A stretch of 61,723 bases of DNA, counting the filler, from Deltaproteobacteria bacterium (lineage in GTDB: Bacteria > JACQOV01), in assembly GCA_016202395.1 (NCBI GenBank). It is 3 parts of 3 records of this genome, joined end to end, with 100 filler letters (N's around TTAATTAATTAA, not from the genome) between each part and the next. Parts side by side here need not be neighbours in the genome. Positions count along the whole stretch, not along the records: positions 1 to 29,650 come from JACQOV010000032.1; 2 more parts are not named here. One strand, written 5' to 3'. Below the pieces are notes generated by a model that was not told the origin of the DNA, ran no database searches, and saw only the letters and a program-made list of their open reading frames with translations. This document shows positions 9,684 to 19,755 of this stretch, piece by piece. Within the stretch, counting starts at the first letter, position 1. Each line of letters starts with the position of its first letter. The position numbers were made by a program, and so were the translations under genes.

Positions 9684-11151
9684 GAAGGGTGTGAGCGATT
9701 TATCGAAATATCTCAAAAGTTTCCCTAACAAAAAGATCGCAGTTGTGGGTGATCTCATGTTGGATCGATACGTTTTTGGCGAGGTTGAGCGAATCTCGCC
9801 GGAGGGGCCAGTTCCTGTTTTGACCGTCCGACGGGAAGAAGATCGGCCGGGGGGGGCGGCCAATGTCGCTCAAAATCTTCAGATTCTTGGAGCCCAAGTC
9901 TTTTTATTTGGGATTGTAGGCTCCGACTCTAGGGGGGAAGAGCTTCTTCGTTTATTGCAAACCCTTAGAATTGATATCTCCGGAATCCTTACAGATCCCT
10001 CTCGTCCCACCATTTCAAAAACGCGGGTTGTGGCTCGAAGCCAACAGATGCTCCGGATTGATCGGGAGTCGAGAGAAGAGGTTGAAGGATCTCTTCTGAA
10101 CTCTGTCGCGCAGAAGCTGGTCTCCCGTCTCTCCGATTTTGATGCGATTGTTCTTTCGGACTATGCTAAAGGGGTCGTTGCCAGCTCCTTGATTCAGCAA
10201 GTGGCTCAGGCGGCTTTGAGGCGGTCTCTCCCGGTCTTTGCGGATCCCAAAGGGAAAGATTTTACCAAATATCAAGGGATTACGGTGCTTACCCCGAATG
10301 AAAGAGAGTTGGAAAAAGCTACCGCCATTGAAGGAACCGATCTTCAATCTTTGGAACGGGCGGCCCAAGAGCTCTTTTCCAAGGTTAAAATCCCTTGGAT
10401 TGTGGCCACCCGAGGGGGGGAGGGGAGCGCGACCTTTAATCGTGGAGGGGCGATGGGGATCATCCCTACAGAACCGGTGGAAGTCGTCGATGTGACTGGG
10501 GCTGGGGATACTTTTCTATCCGTTCTCGCTTTGGCCTGGGTCTCTGGAGCGACCCCTCTGGAGGCTGCCCAATTGGCCACGATTGCAGGGACCGCGGTGG
10601 TTCAGCGGTTTGGCGCTGTTTCATTAACGCTTCAAGAGTTGGAGGCTAAGATTGCTTTAAGAGGGAGTTTAGGCCGATCTAAGATATTAACTCGAGAACA
10701 ACTTTCATCGGCGCTGTCACAACATCGAACTCAAGGGGAGAAGGTCGTTTTTACAAACGGGTGTTTTGACCTTTTGCATATTGGTCATGTGGAGTATCTC
10801 AAAGCCGCTAGAGAACGTGGGGACATTTTGGTCTTAGGAGTGAATAGCGATCGCTCCGTAAAAGAACTCAAAGGGGAGGGGAGGCCGTTAATTCCGGAAC
10901 AGGAAAGAGTGGAAATTTTGGCAGCTCTCCATTCCGTAGATTATGTGGTTTTATTTGATGAGTCGACCCCTGAAAAATTAATTCGGGCGGTTCGGCCGGA
11001 TGTCTTAATCAAAGGGGCGGACTACAGCTTGGACGGAGTGGTGGGGCGAGGGTTCGTAGAGAGTTACGGTGGCAGGGTGGAATTGATCCCGTTGGTCGAG
11101 AATCGATCCACTTCTAAGATTATTGAACAGATCGTAGAGCGTTATCGATAG
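9676..11151 (+). CDS. hldE: Bifunctional heptose 7-phosphate kinase / heptose 1-phosphate adenylyltransferase
   Basis: PfkB domain (GGAANVA, DVTGAGDT) fused to FTNGCFDLLHIGH transferase domain. Confidence 0.95.
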   Translation: MGEKGVSDLSKYLKSFPNKKIAVVGDLMLDRYVFGEVERISPEGPVPVLTVRREEDRPGGAANVAQNLQILGAQVFLFGIVGSDSRGEELLRLLQTLRIDISGILTDPSRPTISKTRVVARSQQMLRIDRESREEVEGSLLNSVAQKLVSRLSDFDAIVLSDYAKGVVASSLIQQVAQAALRRSLPVFADPKGKDFTKYQGITVLTPNERELEKATAIEGTDLQSLERAAQELFSKVKIPWIVATRGGEGSATFNRGGAMGIIPTEPVEVVDVTGAGDTFLSVLALAWVSGATPLEAAQLATIAGTAVVQRFGAVSLTLQELEAKIALRGSLGRSKILTREQLSSALSQHRTQGEKVVFTNGCFDLLHIGHVEYLKAARERGDILVLGVNSDRSVKELKGEGRPLIPEQERVEILAALHSVDYVVLFDESTPEKLIRAVRPDVLIKGADYSLDGVVGRGFVESYGGRVELIPLVENRSTSKIIEQIVERYR

Positions 11152-12525
11152 ATGAAATATCCTCCACATATCTTTCGTGAGTATGACATTCGAGGGGTTG
11201 TGGGCAAAGAGCTCACGTCCGAGCTGGCCTTTGACTTAGGGAGGGGTTTGGGAGAGATCCTTCGAGAGAGAAAGCTTCCTCTCCGAGCCGTTGTAGGGGG
11301 GGATGCTCGGTTGAGTTCAACCGAGTTTAAAAAACAGATTACCCAAGGGCTTCAATCCGTTAACGCCGATGTGTACGATATTGGACGATGCCCAACCCCT
11401 CTTCTTTATTTTGGCCTGTTTAATCTTGAAGTTGGTGGTGGGATTATGGTGACAGGGAGTCATAACCCTCCGGAATTCAACGGATTTAAGATTTGCGTGG
11501 GAAAAGAGTCTTTCTACGGCAAAGAGATCCAGGGTTTGAGAGATCGGTTGGAGGGATTCAAGGAACTCAAAGTGGGTAGAGGAAAGATCCAACCCGTAGA
11601 TCTCACCACGAAATATCTCGAATTTCTTGCAAAAGATTTTAAAAGGTTGATTCAGAAATCGCGTCCTTTGAAGGTGGTGATCGATTGTGGGAATGGGGTG
11701 GCCGGACTTTTAGCTCCTCAGGCCTTGAAACTTCTAAAATGTGATCTAATTGAGCTTTATACCGAGCCTGATGGCCGATTTCCGAATCATCACCCCGACC
11801 CCACTATTGAAGAAAACTTACGAGATTTAAGGGAGAAAGTGATCCAAGAGAAGGCCGATGTTGGGATTGGATTTGATGGGGATGCGGATCGGATTGGGGT
11901 GGTGGATGAGAGGGGGGAGGTCATTTGGGGGGATCGGCTGTTATTGATCTATGCACGCGATTTATTAGAACGGAAGCCGGGGGCTACGATTATCTCGGAG
12001 GTGAAGTGTTCTCAGCAGCTCTTTGACGATATTGAGGCTCGAGGAGGACGGGCTATGATGTGGAAAGCAGGGCACTCCCTGATGAAAGCCAAAATGAAGG
12101 AGACAAAAGCCGAACTTGGAGGAGAGATGAGTGGGCACATGTTCTTCGCCGATCGGTTTTTTGGCTACGATGACGCCATTTACGCGGCTTGTCGTTTGGT
12201 CGAGATCCTTGTCGAGGGGAAGAGGCCGATTTCTCAATTGCTTTCAGATCTTAAGCCACTATCTTGTACCCCCGAAATCCGGATCGATTGCCCCGATGAC
12301 CTGAAGTTTAAGGTTGTTTCAAAGGTTAGGGAGCGTTTTTCTAAAGAATACCCTATTATCGATATCGATGGTGTTCGAGTTGTGTTTGAGAATGGCTGGG
12401 CCTTATTGCGCGCTTCAAACACACAACCGGCTTTGGTGATGCGTGTGGAGGCGGAAACGCCAGAAGCGCTGGCCAAAATACAAGCTAACATTTCAGAAAA
12501 CGTAAGAGAATTCATGAGGTTCTGA
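11152..12525 (+). CDS. algC: Phosphomannomutase/phosphoglucomutase
   Basis: IFREYDIRG, TGSHNP, DGDADR, GEMSGH. Confidence 0.9.
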   Translation: MKYPPHIFREYDIRGVVGKELTSELAFDLGRGLGEILRERKLPLRAVVGGDARLSSTEFKKQITQGLQSVNADVYDIGRCPTPLLYFGLFNLEVGGGIMVTGSHNPPEFNGFKICVGKESFYGKEIQGLRDRLEGFKELKVGRGKIQPVDLTTKYLEFLAKDFKRLIQKSRPLKVVIDCGNGVAGLLAPQALKLLKCDLIELYTEPDGRFPNHHPDPTIEENLRDLREKVIQEKADVGIGFDGDADRIGVVDERGEVIWGDRLLLIYARDLLERKPGATIISEVKCSQQLFDDIEARGGRAMMWKAGHSLMKAKMKETKAELGGEMSGHMFFADRFFGYDDAIYAACRLVEILVEGKRPISQLLSDLKPLSCTPEIRIDCPDDLKFKVVSKVRERFSKEYPIIDIDGVRVVFENGWALLRASNTQPALVMRVEAETPEALAKIQANISENVREFMRF

Positions 12526-12599
12526 GTTTCGTGTCAAAAGATGTTGACTCCATTGCTGGATTATAATATTGTCAGAGATTCTATCAGGGGTTTTAAAGA

Positions 12600-14921
12600 A
12601 TGATGGATTACCTTCTGCGTTCGGTTCAAACTAGTTTCTCTCAGAGAGGGAGAGTTTCTTTAGGAGTGCTGTTAGTTCTCCTTATTTTCTCCCCTTTTCG
12701 AGTTCATGCCCAAGATCCTAGGGATCTTTTAATGGGGATTCAAGCCCTTCAAGGGAAAGACAAAAACACTTTGGGTGAAGAGGGATCCTCCGGTGCGGGA
12801 TCCGCTGAGTCTGATGAGAAGACTCGGCTCAGTGAGATCCAAAAGATCGAGGGGGAACCCCTTTCCAAGATTGAGAGGTTTTTTATCGGTGAAGAAGGAT
12901 TGCGTTGGCTTCAGATTGAGAAAGGGCTCGAAAAAAAGCGATTAGGGTTGGATGAAAAAGTGAAATCTCCGGAAACAATCAAGTCACCGGAAGAGAAAGA
13001 TGTGGTTCGAGAGATTGTTCAGAAGAGATTAGAGGGGCAACCTTTAAGTGATAATCTCCTGAATTTGCAAATAAAGGAGGTGGAGCTCCGGAAGGGTTTA
13101 AGACAGTTTGGTTATGACCTATTCCGACAAAAGAGGTCCACCTTTACCCCTGAATCAGAAAGTCCTGTAGGGCCTGATTATATTATCGGCCCCGGAGATG
13201 AGTTGACCGTTACCCTTTGGGGGATTGTCGAGGGGATCTTTCAGCTCAAAGTGAGTCCCGAGGGGGAAGTAACCCTTCCTAAGGTGGGGGTGGTCTCGGT
13301 GGCAGGGATTCGGTATGGTGAGTTGGAATCCTATCTTAAAGAACAATTGTCCCGTTATTACAAGGACTTTAATATACGTGTTACTCTTCAGGATATTCAT
13401 AGGATTCAAATCTATGTAGTTGGAGAGGTTCAGAAGCCAGGGCGCCATTCTGTAAGCTCCTTGTCGACGGCGTTTCATGCCCTTTTTATTGCGGGAGGGC
13501 CGACCAAAGATGGGAGCCTCCGTTCCATTCAGGTGAAACGCAATGGCCAAGTGATTCAACAGATCGATCTTTATGATCTCATTCTAAAAGGGGATGCCCG
13601 TCAAGATATTCGTTTACAGAATGGGGATACCGTTTTTGTTCCGCTGATCCAGCGTGTGGTAGCCATTGCGGGGGAGGTCTATCGACCTGCCATTTACGAG
13701 GTAAAAGAAGATGCAATATTAAATGAATTAATGGAGATGGCCGGAGGGGGATTGGCGAGTTCTTCTAATGCTAGAATCCAGATTGAACGTTTCGAAGGGA
13801 ATGAGCGAAAAACCGTTCAAGATGTAAGGATGAATGGAGAGATGGCAACGACCCGTTTGTCCGATCTCGATCTTGTGAAGGTATATCCGATCTATCCGAA
13901 AGTCTGGGGGAAGGTGAGTTTAGAGGGGACGATTCGTTATCCGGGAGAGTATGCTTATTCAACGGGGATGCGCATCTCCGATCTGTTGACTGCGGACCAG
14001 ATACTACCCGAGACTTTCATGGGGAGGGCTGAGATTATTCGACTGAGTGAGGACTCGCTGAAAGCCGAGGTGATCCAGTTTAACCCAGCAGAGATTATGG
14101 CTCATTTAGATCCAGAGAAAGATTGGTTGTTAGAACCGCAAGACCGTTTGTCTTTTTATTCTTATGTGCGCAAACCTGGCACTATTGAAATAGCAGGGGA
14201 GGTCCTTTTACCCGGGCGTTACTTTTTTGAAGAAGGGGAAAGGTTGAGTTCTCTTTTGAAAAGAGCGGGGGGCTTTACGGATAAAGCTTTCTTAGAAGGA
14301 GCGATCTTCACTCGCCAAACGATTGCTAAAGCCCAAGAGAGCCAAAGGAAAGTCTTTATGCAAACGCAGCAGCAACAGTTATTGAAAGAATCGGCGTCCA
14401 TTGCCGCTTCGGGGCTTGGAGAGGATGCCCAAAGTTCGGTCTATGAATTACAGCAGCGCCAACAGCTTCTCCAACTTCAGTCTGAACGTGTCGAAGAAGG
14501 GAGAATGGTTATCCGACTCCGTTCACTGGAGCTATTTCAGGGGAGTGCTCAGGACATTCTATTGGAAGACGGGGATCGTTTGTATATTTCACAGATTCCG
14601 GCCTATGTGGCGATTATTGGAGAGGTGCGAAATCCCTCCACATTTCTTTATAGGTCGCAGGAGGATGTCCGATATTATCTCGCTCAGGCGGGCGGTTTTA
14701 CGTCCAATGCAGAAGAGAAAGGGGCCTATCTTTTGAGAGCGGATGGAACGGCGGCTCTCCTAGATTCTCGAGCCGAGATTCGGCCTGGGGATTCTATTAT
14801 TATTCCAACGAAGATTGAGGTGAAGTACCGTCCTCTCCCCTTCTGGCGGGATATCGTAGGCATCGTGGGTGGGGTAGCTACAACCATTACAAGCATTGTA
14901 GTGCTTGCAGTTTCACTTTAA
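12600..14921 (+). CDS. Polysaccharide export protein with multiple SLBB domains (KpsD/Wza-like)
   Basis: FGYDLF..DYIIGPGD Poly_export motif and repeated GEV..PG / AGG SLBB motifs. Confidence 0.85.
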   Translation: MMDYLLRSVQTSFSQRGRVSLGVLLVLLIFSPFRVHAQDPRDLLMGIQALQGKDKNTLGEEGSSGAGSAESDEKTRLSEIQKIEGEPLSKIERFFIGEEGLRWLQIEKGLEKKRLGLDEKVKSPETIKSPEEKDVVREIVQKRLEGQPLSDNLLNLQIKEVELRKGLRQFGYDLFRQKRSTFTPESESPVGPDYIIGPGDELTVTLWGIVEGIFQLKVSPEGEVTLPKVGVVSVAGIRYGELESYLKEQLSRYYKDFNIRVTLQDIHRIQIYVVGEVQKPGRHSVSSLSTAFHALFIAGGPTKDGSLRSIQVKRNGQVIQQIDLYDLILKGDARQDIRLQNGDTVFVPLIQRVVAIAGEVYRPAIYEVKEDAILNELMEMAGGGLASSSNARIQIERFEGNERKTVQDVRMNGEMATTRLSDLDLVKVYPIYPKVWGKVSLEGTIRYPGEYAYSTGMRISDLLTADQILPETFMGRAEIIRLSEDSLKAEVIQFNPAEIMAHLDPEKDWLLEPQDRLSFYSYVRKPGTIEIAGEVLLPGRYFFEEGERLSSLLKRAGGFTDKAFLEGAIFTRQTIAKAQESQRKVFMQTQQQQLLKESASIAASGLGEDAQSSVYELQQRQQLLQLQSERVEEGRMVIRLRSLELFQGSAQDILLEDGDRLYISQIPAYVAIIGEVRNPSTFLYRSQEDVRYYLAQAGGFTSNAEEKGAYLLRADGTAALLDSRAEIRPGDSIIIPTKIEVKYRPLPFWRDIVGIVGGVATTITSIVVLAVSL

Positions 14922-14941
14922 AGCATAGATCCCTCATTAAT

Positions 14942-15430
14942 ATGGGTGAGAAAAATTTAAAATGGTATGTGGTTCGCACGAAGCCTCAGAAAGAGGCTCA
15001 TGTAGTGATGTGGTTGCGTCATGCAGAGATGGAGTGTTTTCTCCCTCGCGTTCGATCTTTCGCGCAGATTCGTCCCCTTTTCCCTTCCTACTTATTTGTG
15101 CATGCGGATTTTAATATTCAAGGACATTACCAGATGGTTAAATACACCCGGGGCGTTATTGAGATTCTGGGAAACGGAGAAGAACCGATTCCGGTAACGA
15201 GTGAGGCCATTGCCATTATTAAAAAGCGAATGAATCCGCAGGGTTTTATTGAACCCAGTTCTCATTTGAGCCCCGGTCAGGAATTGCTCGTTAAGAAGGG
15301 TCCTTTTAGAGATCTCATTGGGATTCTGGAGAAAGTGGCTCCCGATCAACAAAGGGTTCACGTCTTGTTGAATCTGATGCAGCGTCAGATTCGTGTTGAA
15401 TTGCCCATTCAGGATTTAGCTCGAGCTTAG
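14942..15430 (+). CDS. NusG paralogue, RfaH/UpxY-type transcription antiterminator
   Basis: WYVVRTKP, PLFPSYLFV NGN domain and GPF KOW domain inside a polysaccharide locus. Confidence 0.85.
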   Translation: MGEKNLKWYVVRTKPQKEAHVVMWLRHAEMECFLPRVRSFAQIRPLFPSYLFVHADFNIQGHYQMVKYTRGVIEILGNGEEPIPVTSEAIAIIKKRMNPQGFIEPSSHLSPGQELLVKKGPFRDLIGILEKVAPDQQRVHVLLNLMQRQIRVELPIQDLARA

Positions 15431-15482
15431 CGTGACGGTAAATTTAAAGATATTGATTTTAAAAGAGTTTTTTACTCTCAAC

Positions 15483-15494
15483 GGCGGCAGCCTG
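15483..15494 (+). promoter_or_regulatory. ops-like pause element
   Basis: GGCGGCAGCCTG versus consensus GGCGGTAGnnTG (one mismatch), between the antiterminator gene and wzz. Confidence 0.4.
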
Positions 15495-15533
15495 CCTTTT
15501 ACAGGTTGTTTTAGCGGATAGGAAAACAGGATT

Positions 15534-16271
15534 ATGGAATCTAATTACCACGAAGAGGAGATCGATCTCCTCGATTACTGGCATGTCATCTGGAAGCGGA
15601 GAAGGATGATCGCCTCTCTTTTTTTTGTATCCGTCGTCGCGGCTGCTGTTATAAGCCTCCTTCTGCCAGAACAATACAAAGCCGAAGTGGTCCTGTTGCC
15701 GATTGAGGACAGTGGTATGGGAGGTTTGGCATCCGCATTGGCTGCTTCTCCCTTTGCATCGTTTGTTGGAGGAGCGAGTTCGGGAGGGGGGACCCAAAAG
15801 CTGACTGTGGTTTTGCAAAGTCGAACCCTTAGGGAGAAAGTGGTTCAGCGTTTGAACTTACTGGTGCTCTTCAATAAAAAACAGTGGGATCCAGATCGAA
15901 AGAGATGGCTTGAACCAGATAAAGCTCCTTCTTTAAGTGGTGCAGCTCGAGCTTTGTCGGGCATGACCAAAGTGGACGTCGACAAGAAATATGGAACACT
16001 TTCATTGGACGTTGTCTACACAGATCCCCATCTTGCTGTAGAAATCGCTAATGCTTATGTGGCCGAACTTGCTGATTTTTTAAATACCCATTCCCTTAAT
16101 GTTAATTTTCAGATCCTTGACCCCGCACAGGTTCCCGAGCAAAAATTTAAACCCAATCGACGCTCCATTGTAAAGGTTTCAGCGGCCCTTTCTATCCTTA
16201 TGGGAATCCTTGTTGCCTTTCTTTTGGAGTATATTCAAAAGATGCGAGACAAAAGCCGGGAACAAGCCTAG
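15534..16271 (+). CDS. wzz: Wzz/FepE-type chain-length determinant (short)
   Basis: EEIDLLDYW start, two TM segments, proline-rich PAQVPEQKFKP before TM2. Confidence 0.8.
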   Translation: MESNYHEEEIDLLDYWHVIWKRRRMIASLFFVSVVAAAVISLLLPEQYKAEVVLLPIEDSGMGGLASALAASPFASFVGGASSGGGTQKLTVVLQSRTLREKVVQRLNLLVLFNKKQWDPDRKRWLEPDKAPSLSGAARALSGMTKVDVDKKYGTLSLDVVYTDPHLAVEIANAYVAELADFLNTHSLNVNFQILDPAQVPEQKFKPNRRSIVKVSAALSILMGILVAFLLEYIQKMRDKSREQA

Positions 16272-18101
16272 ATGGAGCATAAAACCCCCTCTGCCAGTCT
16301 TTCTGCCTTGCTGGCTCAGCTTTTTCGACATGTCAGCCGCCGCCGCCGCCGTCAGTTTGTGTGGATGATTGGGCTTACGCTTGTTAGCTCTGTTGCAGAG
16401 GTCGTCAGTCTTGCGGCCGTATTGCCATTCATCGGTATCCTCACTCAGCCGGAAAAAATTTTCACCTACCCTTTAATTAATGGTGTTGTTCAAGCACTGG
16501 GAATTGAATCAGCAGCGGGCTTGATATTTCCCCTTACCGTCGCATTTGCTGTGGCTGCAATGGTTGCCGGAGGGCTACGACTATTATTGCTGTGGATCAG
16601 CATTCGACTTGTAAAGGCCACCGGCGCAGATCTTAGCATTGAGGTTTATCACAGAACACTCTATCAGCCCTACCGTATCCATGTGGCTCGCAGTAGCAGT
16701 GAGATTATCAGTGGTATCTCTCAAAAGGTGGGGGATGTTACGGGCATTTTGACATCTCTAGTGACCGTATTTACATCAACGGTTCTGTGTGTGACCATCC
16801 TGATGACACTGCTCGCCATTGACCCCCTGGTGGCTACCGTAGCGATAATAGGTTTTGGATCCAGTTATGTCATTTTTGCCTGGCGAACCCGCCACAAATT
16901 GCTATGCAACAGCCAGTGCATTGCACAAGGACAGACCCAGGTAATCAAGTCCCTGCAGGAAGGTCTTGGTGCCATTCGCGACGTACTCCTGGACGGTACC
17001 CAGGCTATTTACAGTGGAGTTTACCGTAAGGCTATCCAGCAATTGCAAAAGGCGACGGCCGAAATTACGTACATTAGCCAAGCTCCACGCTACGTCATGG
17101 AGACTCTGGGCATGGTGTTAATTGCTGCCTTGGTCCTTGTTTTCAGTCACCGAGTCGGTGGAGTAGGGGTGGCACTGCCGGTACTTGGGGCACTGGCTCT
17201 GGGAGCGCAACGTCTGCTCCCTTTGCTACAGCAATTGTATACTGGCTGGACGAATATAATCGGAAGCCACGCCGCATTGATTGACGTCCTCAATTTGCTC
17301 GATCAACCGTTGCCTGAAGATGCCCACCAATTGGCACCTGAGCCACTTGTATTTCGGGATGTAATCCAGTTCGATAATTTGCGCTTTCATTACAATAGGA
17401 GTGAGCCTTGGATACTGGATGGAATCAGTCTGCGTATACCCAAAGGGGTGCGCATCGGCTTTGTGGGTAGCACCGGCAGTGGTAAAAGCACTGTACTAGA
17501 TCTAATGATGTCCCTGCTCGAACCTACACAGGGTAGAATTATGGTGGATGGCCAGTCGGTCAGTGGCAAACTCCGGCGAGCATGGCAACGCACCATCGCC
17601 CATGTGCCACAAAGCATCTACCTGGGTGACACTACCATCTCCGAGAATATTGCTTTTGGTGTGCCGCCAGACAAGATCGACATGGATCGAGTCCGGCAGG
17701 CTGCAAAACAGGCTCAGATTGCTGAATTCATCGAGAGCCGTCCTGAGGGTTATAGCGCCTTAGTTGGTGAACGCGGCATTCGCTTGAGTGGAGGTCAACG
17801 TCAGCGCATCGGCATTGCTCGAGCGCTTTATAAACAGGCAACAGTACTTGTCTTCGACGAGGCGACCAGCGCGCTAGACAACGCCACCGAAAAGGAAGTG
17901 ATGAACGCCATTGAGAATTTGGACCATGATCTCACGATTTTGATTGTTGCGCATCGTATCACTACCCTGCAGCATTGCGACACGATTGTGCAGCTAGAGA
18001 GGGGGCAGATAGTTGCACAAGGGTCTTATGAGCATTTTATAAATAGCGATTTAAGTATTCAGAACCGGACTTATTCAACCGTAGAGGCAAAAGATGCCTG
18101 A
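16272..18101 (+). CDS. ABC transporter permease/ATPase fusion (PglK/MsbA-like glycan flippase)
   Basis: TM domain plus GSTGSGKST, LSGGQRQR, DEATSALD. Confidence 0.9.
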   Translation: MEHKTPSASLSALLAQLFRHVSRRRRRQFVWMIGLTLVSSVAEVVSLAAVLPFIGILTQPEKIFTYPLINGVVQALGIESAAGLIFPLTVAFAVAAMVAGGLRLLLLWISIRLVKATGADLSIEVYHRTLYQPYRIHVARSSSEIISGISQKVGDVTGILTSLVTVFTSTVLCVTILMTLLAIDPLVATVAIIGFGSSYVIFAWRTRHKLLCNSQCIAQGQTQVIKSLQEGLGAIRDVLLDGTQAIYSGVYRKAIQQLQKATAEITYISQAPRYVMETLGMVLIAALVLVFSHRVGGVGVALPVLGALALGAQRLLPLLQQLYTGWTNIIGSHAALIDVLNLLDQPLPEDAHQLAPEPLVFRDVIQFDNLRFHYNRSEPWILDGISLRIPKGVRIGFVGSTGSGKSTVLDLMMSLLEPTQGRIMVDGQSVSGKLRRAWQRTIAHVPQSIYLGDTTISENIAFGVPPDKIDMDRVRQAAKQAQIAEFIESRPEGYSALVGERGIRLSGGQRQRIGIARALYKQATVLVFDEATSALDNATEKEVMNAIENLDHDLTILIVAHRITTLQHCDTIVQLERGQIVAQGSYEHFINSDLSIQNRTYSTVEAKDA

Positions 18102-18723
18102 AATTAATTTGGGAGGCCTACCCATCGAACCAACTCAGGATGTCAACGATAGGAACCATTTACCGATGCGGTTCTTCGAGAGCTTTTACGATGAAATTGG
18201 AGCCCGCCTGCGCGATGCCGACCCGACGTTGCTGGACATCATTTGCAAAACGTTTGTTCATGCGCAGCAGTGCAACCGAAAAGTGATCCTGGGCGGAAAT
18301 GGAGGCAGCGCTATGATTGCAAGCCACGTATCCGTCGATTTGACGAAGGCGGCGCATGTTCGTTCTGTTTGTTTTAACGAGCCAGACTTGATTACGTGCT
18401 TCGCAAACGATTACGGCTACGAAAACTGGCTTGCAAGAGCGATTGAGTCGTACGGGGATGCCGGCGACGTGGCCGTGTTGATCAGTAGCAGCGGGCGGTC
18501 CCCAAATATTGTGAACGCGGCACGCTGCGCAAAAGATTGCGGATTGACCGTCGTGACGCTGTCAGGATTTGATGCTGCCAACCCACTCCGCACGCTAGGG
18601 GATCAGAACTTGTGGGTGAATAGCCGTAGCTACAATCTGGTCGAGACAGTGCATCAGACATGGTTGCTCGCATGCGTCGACCGAATTGTATTTCAACTCA
18701 ATGGAGGTGAGAAGCGAAGGTGA
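18094..18723 (+). CDS. SIS-domain phosphoheptose isomerase (second GmhA-like)
   Basis: GNGGSA, ANDYGY, ISSSGRSPN, VETVH. Confidence 0.85.
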   Translation: MPEINLGGLPIEPTQDVNDRNHLPMRFFESFYDEIGARLRDADPTLLDIICKTFVHAQQCNRKVILGGNGGSAMIASHVSVDLTKAAHVRSVCFNEPDLITCFANDYGYENWLARAIESYGDAGDVAVLISSSGRSPNIVNAARCAKDCGLTVVTLSGFDAANPLRTLGDQNLWVNSRSYNLVETVHQTWLLACVDRIVFQLNGGEKRR

Positions 18724-19754
18724 TTGGTGGGACCATTCTTGTCACCGGTGACAGAGGTTACATCGGTTCAGTGTTGACCTCGCTCCTGATTGAGCGGGGA
18801 TATTCGGTATGCGGTCTTGATGCGTGTTTCTACGAAGATTGCCTGTTTGGCGAAGAGGGACCTATGTATCCAACGCTCGACCGGGACATTCGCGACGTGG
18901 AGGCCGACGACCTCCGAGATGTGAATGTGATTATTCATCTCGCAGGGCTATCGAACGATCCACTTGGCGAACTCTCTCCAGGCATAACCAAAGAGATTAA
19001 TCTGTGGGCGACGCTTCGGCTCGCGAAGCTTGCACGCGATGTAGGGGTATCCCGATTTGTGTACGCATCCTCTCAAAGCATGTACGGTGTGTCGACCACT
19101 GACGAAGAACTTGATGAGGATGATAGCGAGAAGAAAGCCATCACCACATACGCCCGTACGAAGTGGGAGGCAGAGCTGGCTCTGAAAGAACTTGCGACTG
19201 ACGGTTTCACTGTCGTTTGCCTCCGACCGTCGACCGTCTTCGGTGCCAGCCCGAGGTTACGCTGTGACATCGTTTATAACAACATGGTGGCCTGTGCCTA
19301 TACGACGGGTCGAATCGAGGTCAAGAGTGACGGAACGCCATGGCGGCCAGTTGTCCACATCCGTGATGTGTGTTCCGCATTCATCGCTGGTGTAGAGGCC
19401 CCTGTGTCGCTTGTCGCGGGCCGTTCTTACAATGTCGGAATACCCAACGGAAACTTCTCGGTCCGTGATTTGGCTGAGGCTGCTGGCCGGGCGGTGCCGG
19501 GAAGCATCATTACATTTACGAGCGAGCATGAGGACTCGCGCACGTACAGGGTGAGTTTTGCGAGGATCCTTTCTGAGCTTAGTGACTGGTATCGACCATG
19601 CTGGAATCTCGACCGCGGTGGCGAGGAACTTGTTGAGTTCTTCCACCGCACTGGGTTCAACGAATCGCACTTCCGAGGCCGCATGACTAACCGCTTGGCC
19701 CAACTCAAACATCTTACTCAACTGGGAAGTATCAATGCGGCGTTACGGTGGTAA
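18720..19754 (+). CDS. NAD-dependent epimerase/dehydratase (SDR)
   Basis: GDRGYIG, HLAGLSNDP, YARTK, DGTPWRP. Confidence 0.85.
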   Translation: MIGGTILVTGDRGYIGSVLTSLLIERGYSVCGLDACFYEDCLFGEEGPMYPTLDRDIRDVEADDLRDVNVIIHLAGLSNDPLGELSPGITKEINLWATLRLAKLARDVGVSRFVYASSQSMYGVSTTDEELDEDDSEKKAITTYARTKWEAELALKELATDGFTVVCLRPSTVFGASPRLRCDIVYNNMVACAYTTGRIEVKSDGTPWRPVVHIRDVCSAFIAGVEAPVSLVAGRSYNVGIPNGNFSVRDLAEAAGRAVPGSIITFTSEHEDSRTYRVSFARILSELSDWYRPCWNLDRGGEELVEFFHRTGFNESHFRGRMTNRLAQLKHLTQLGSINAALRW

Positions 19755-19755
19755 G

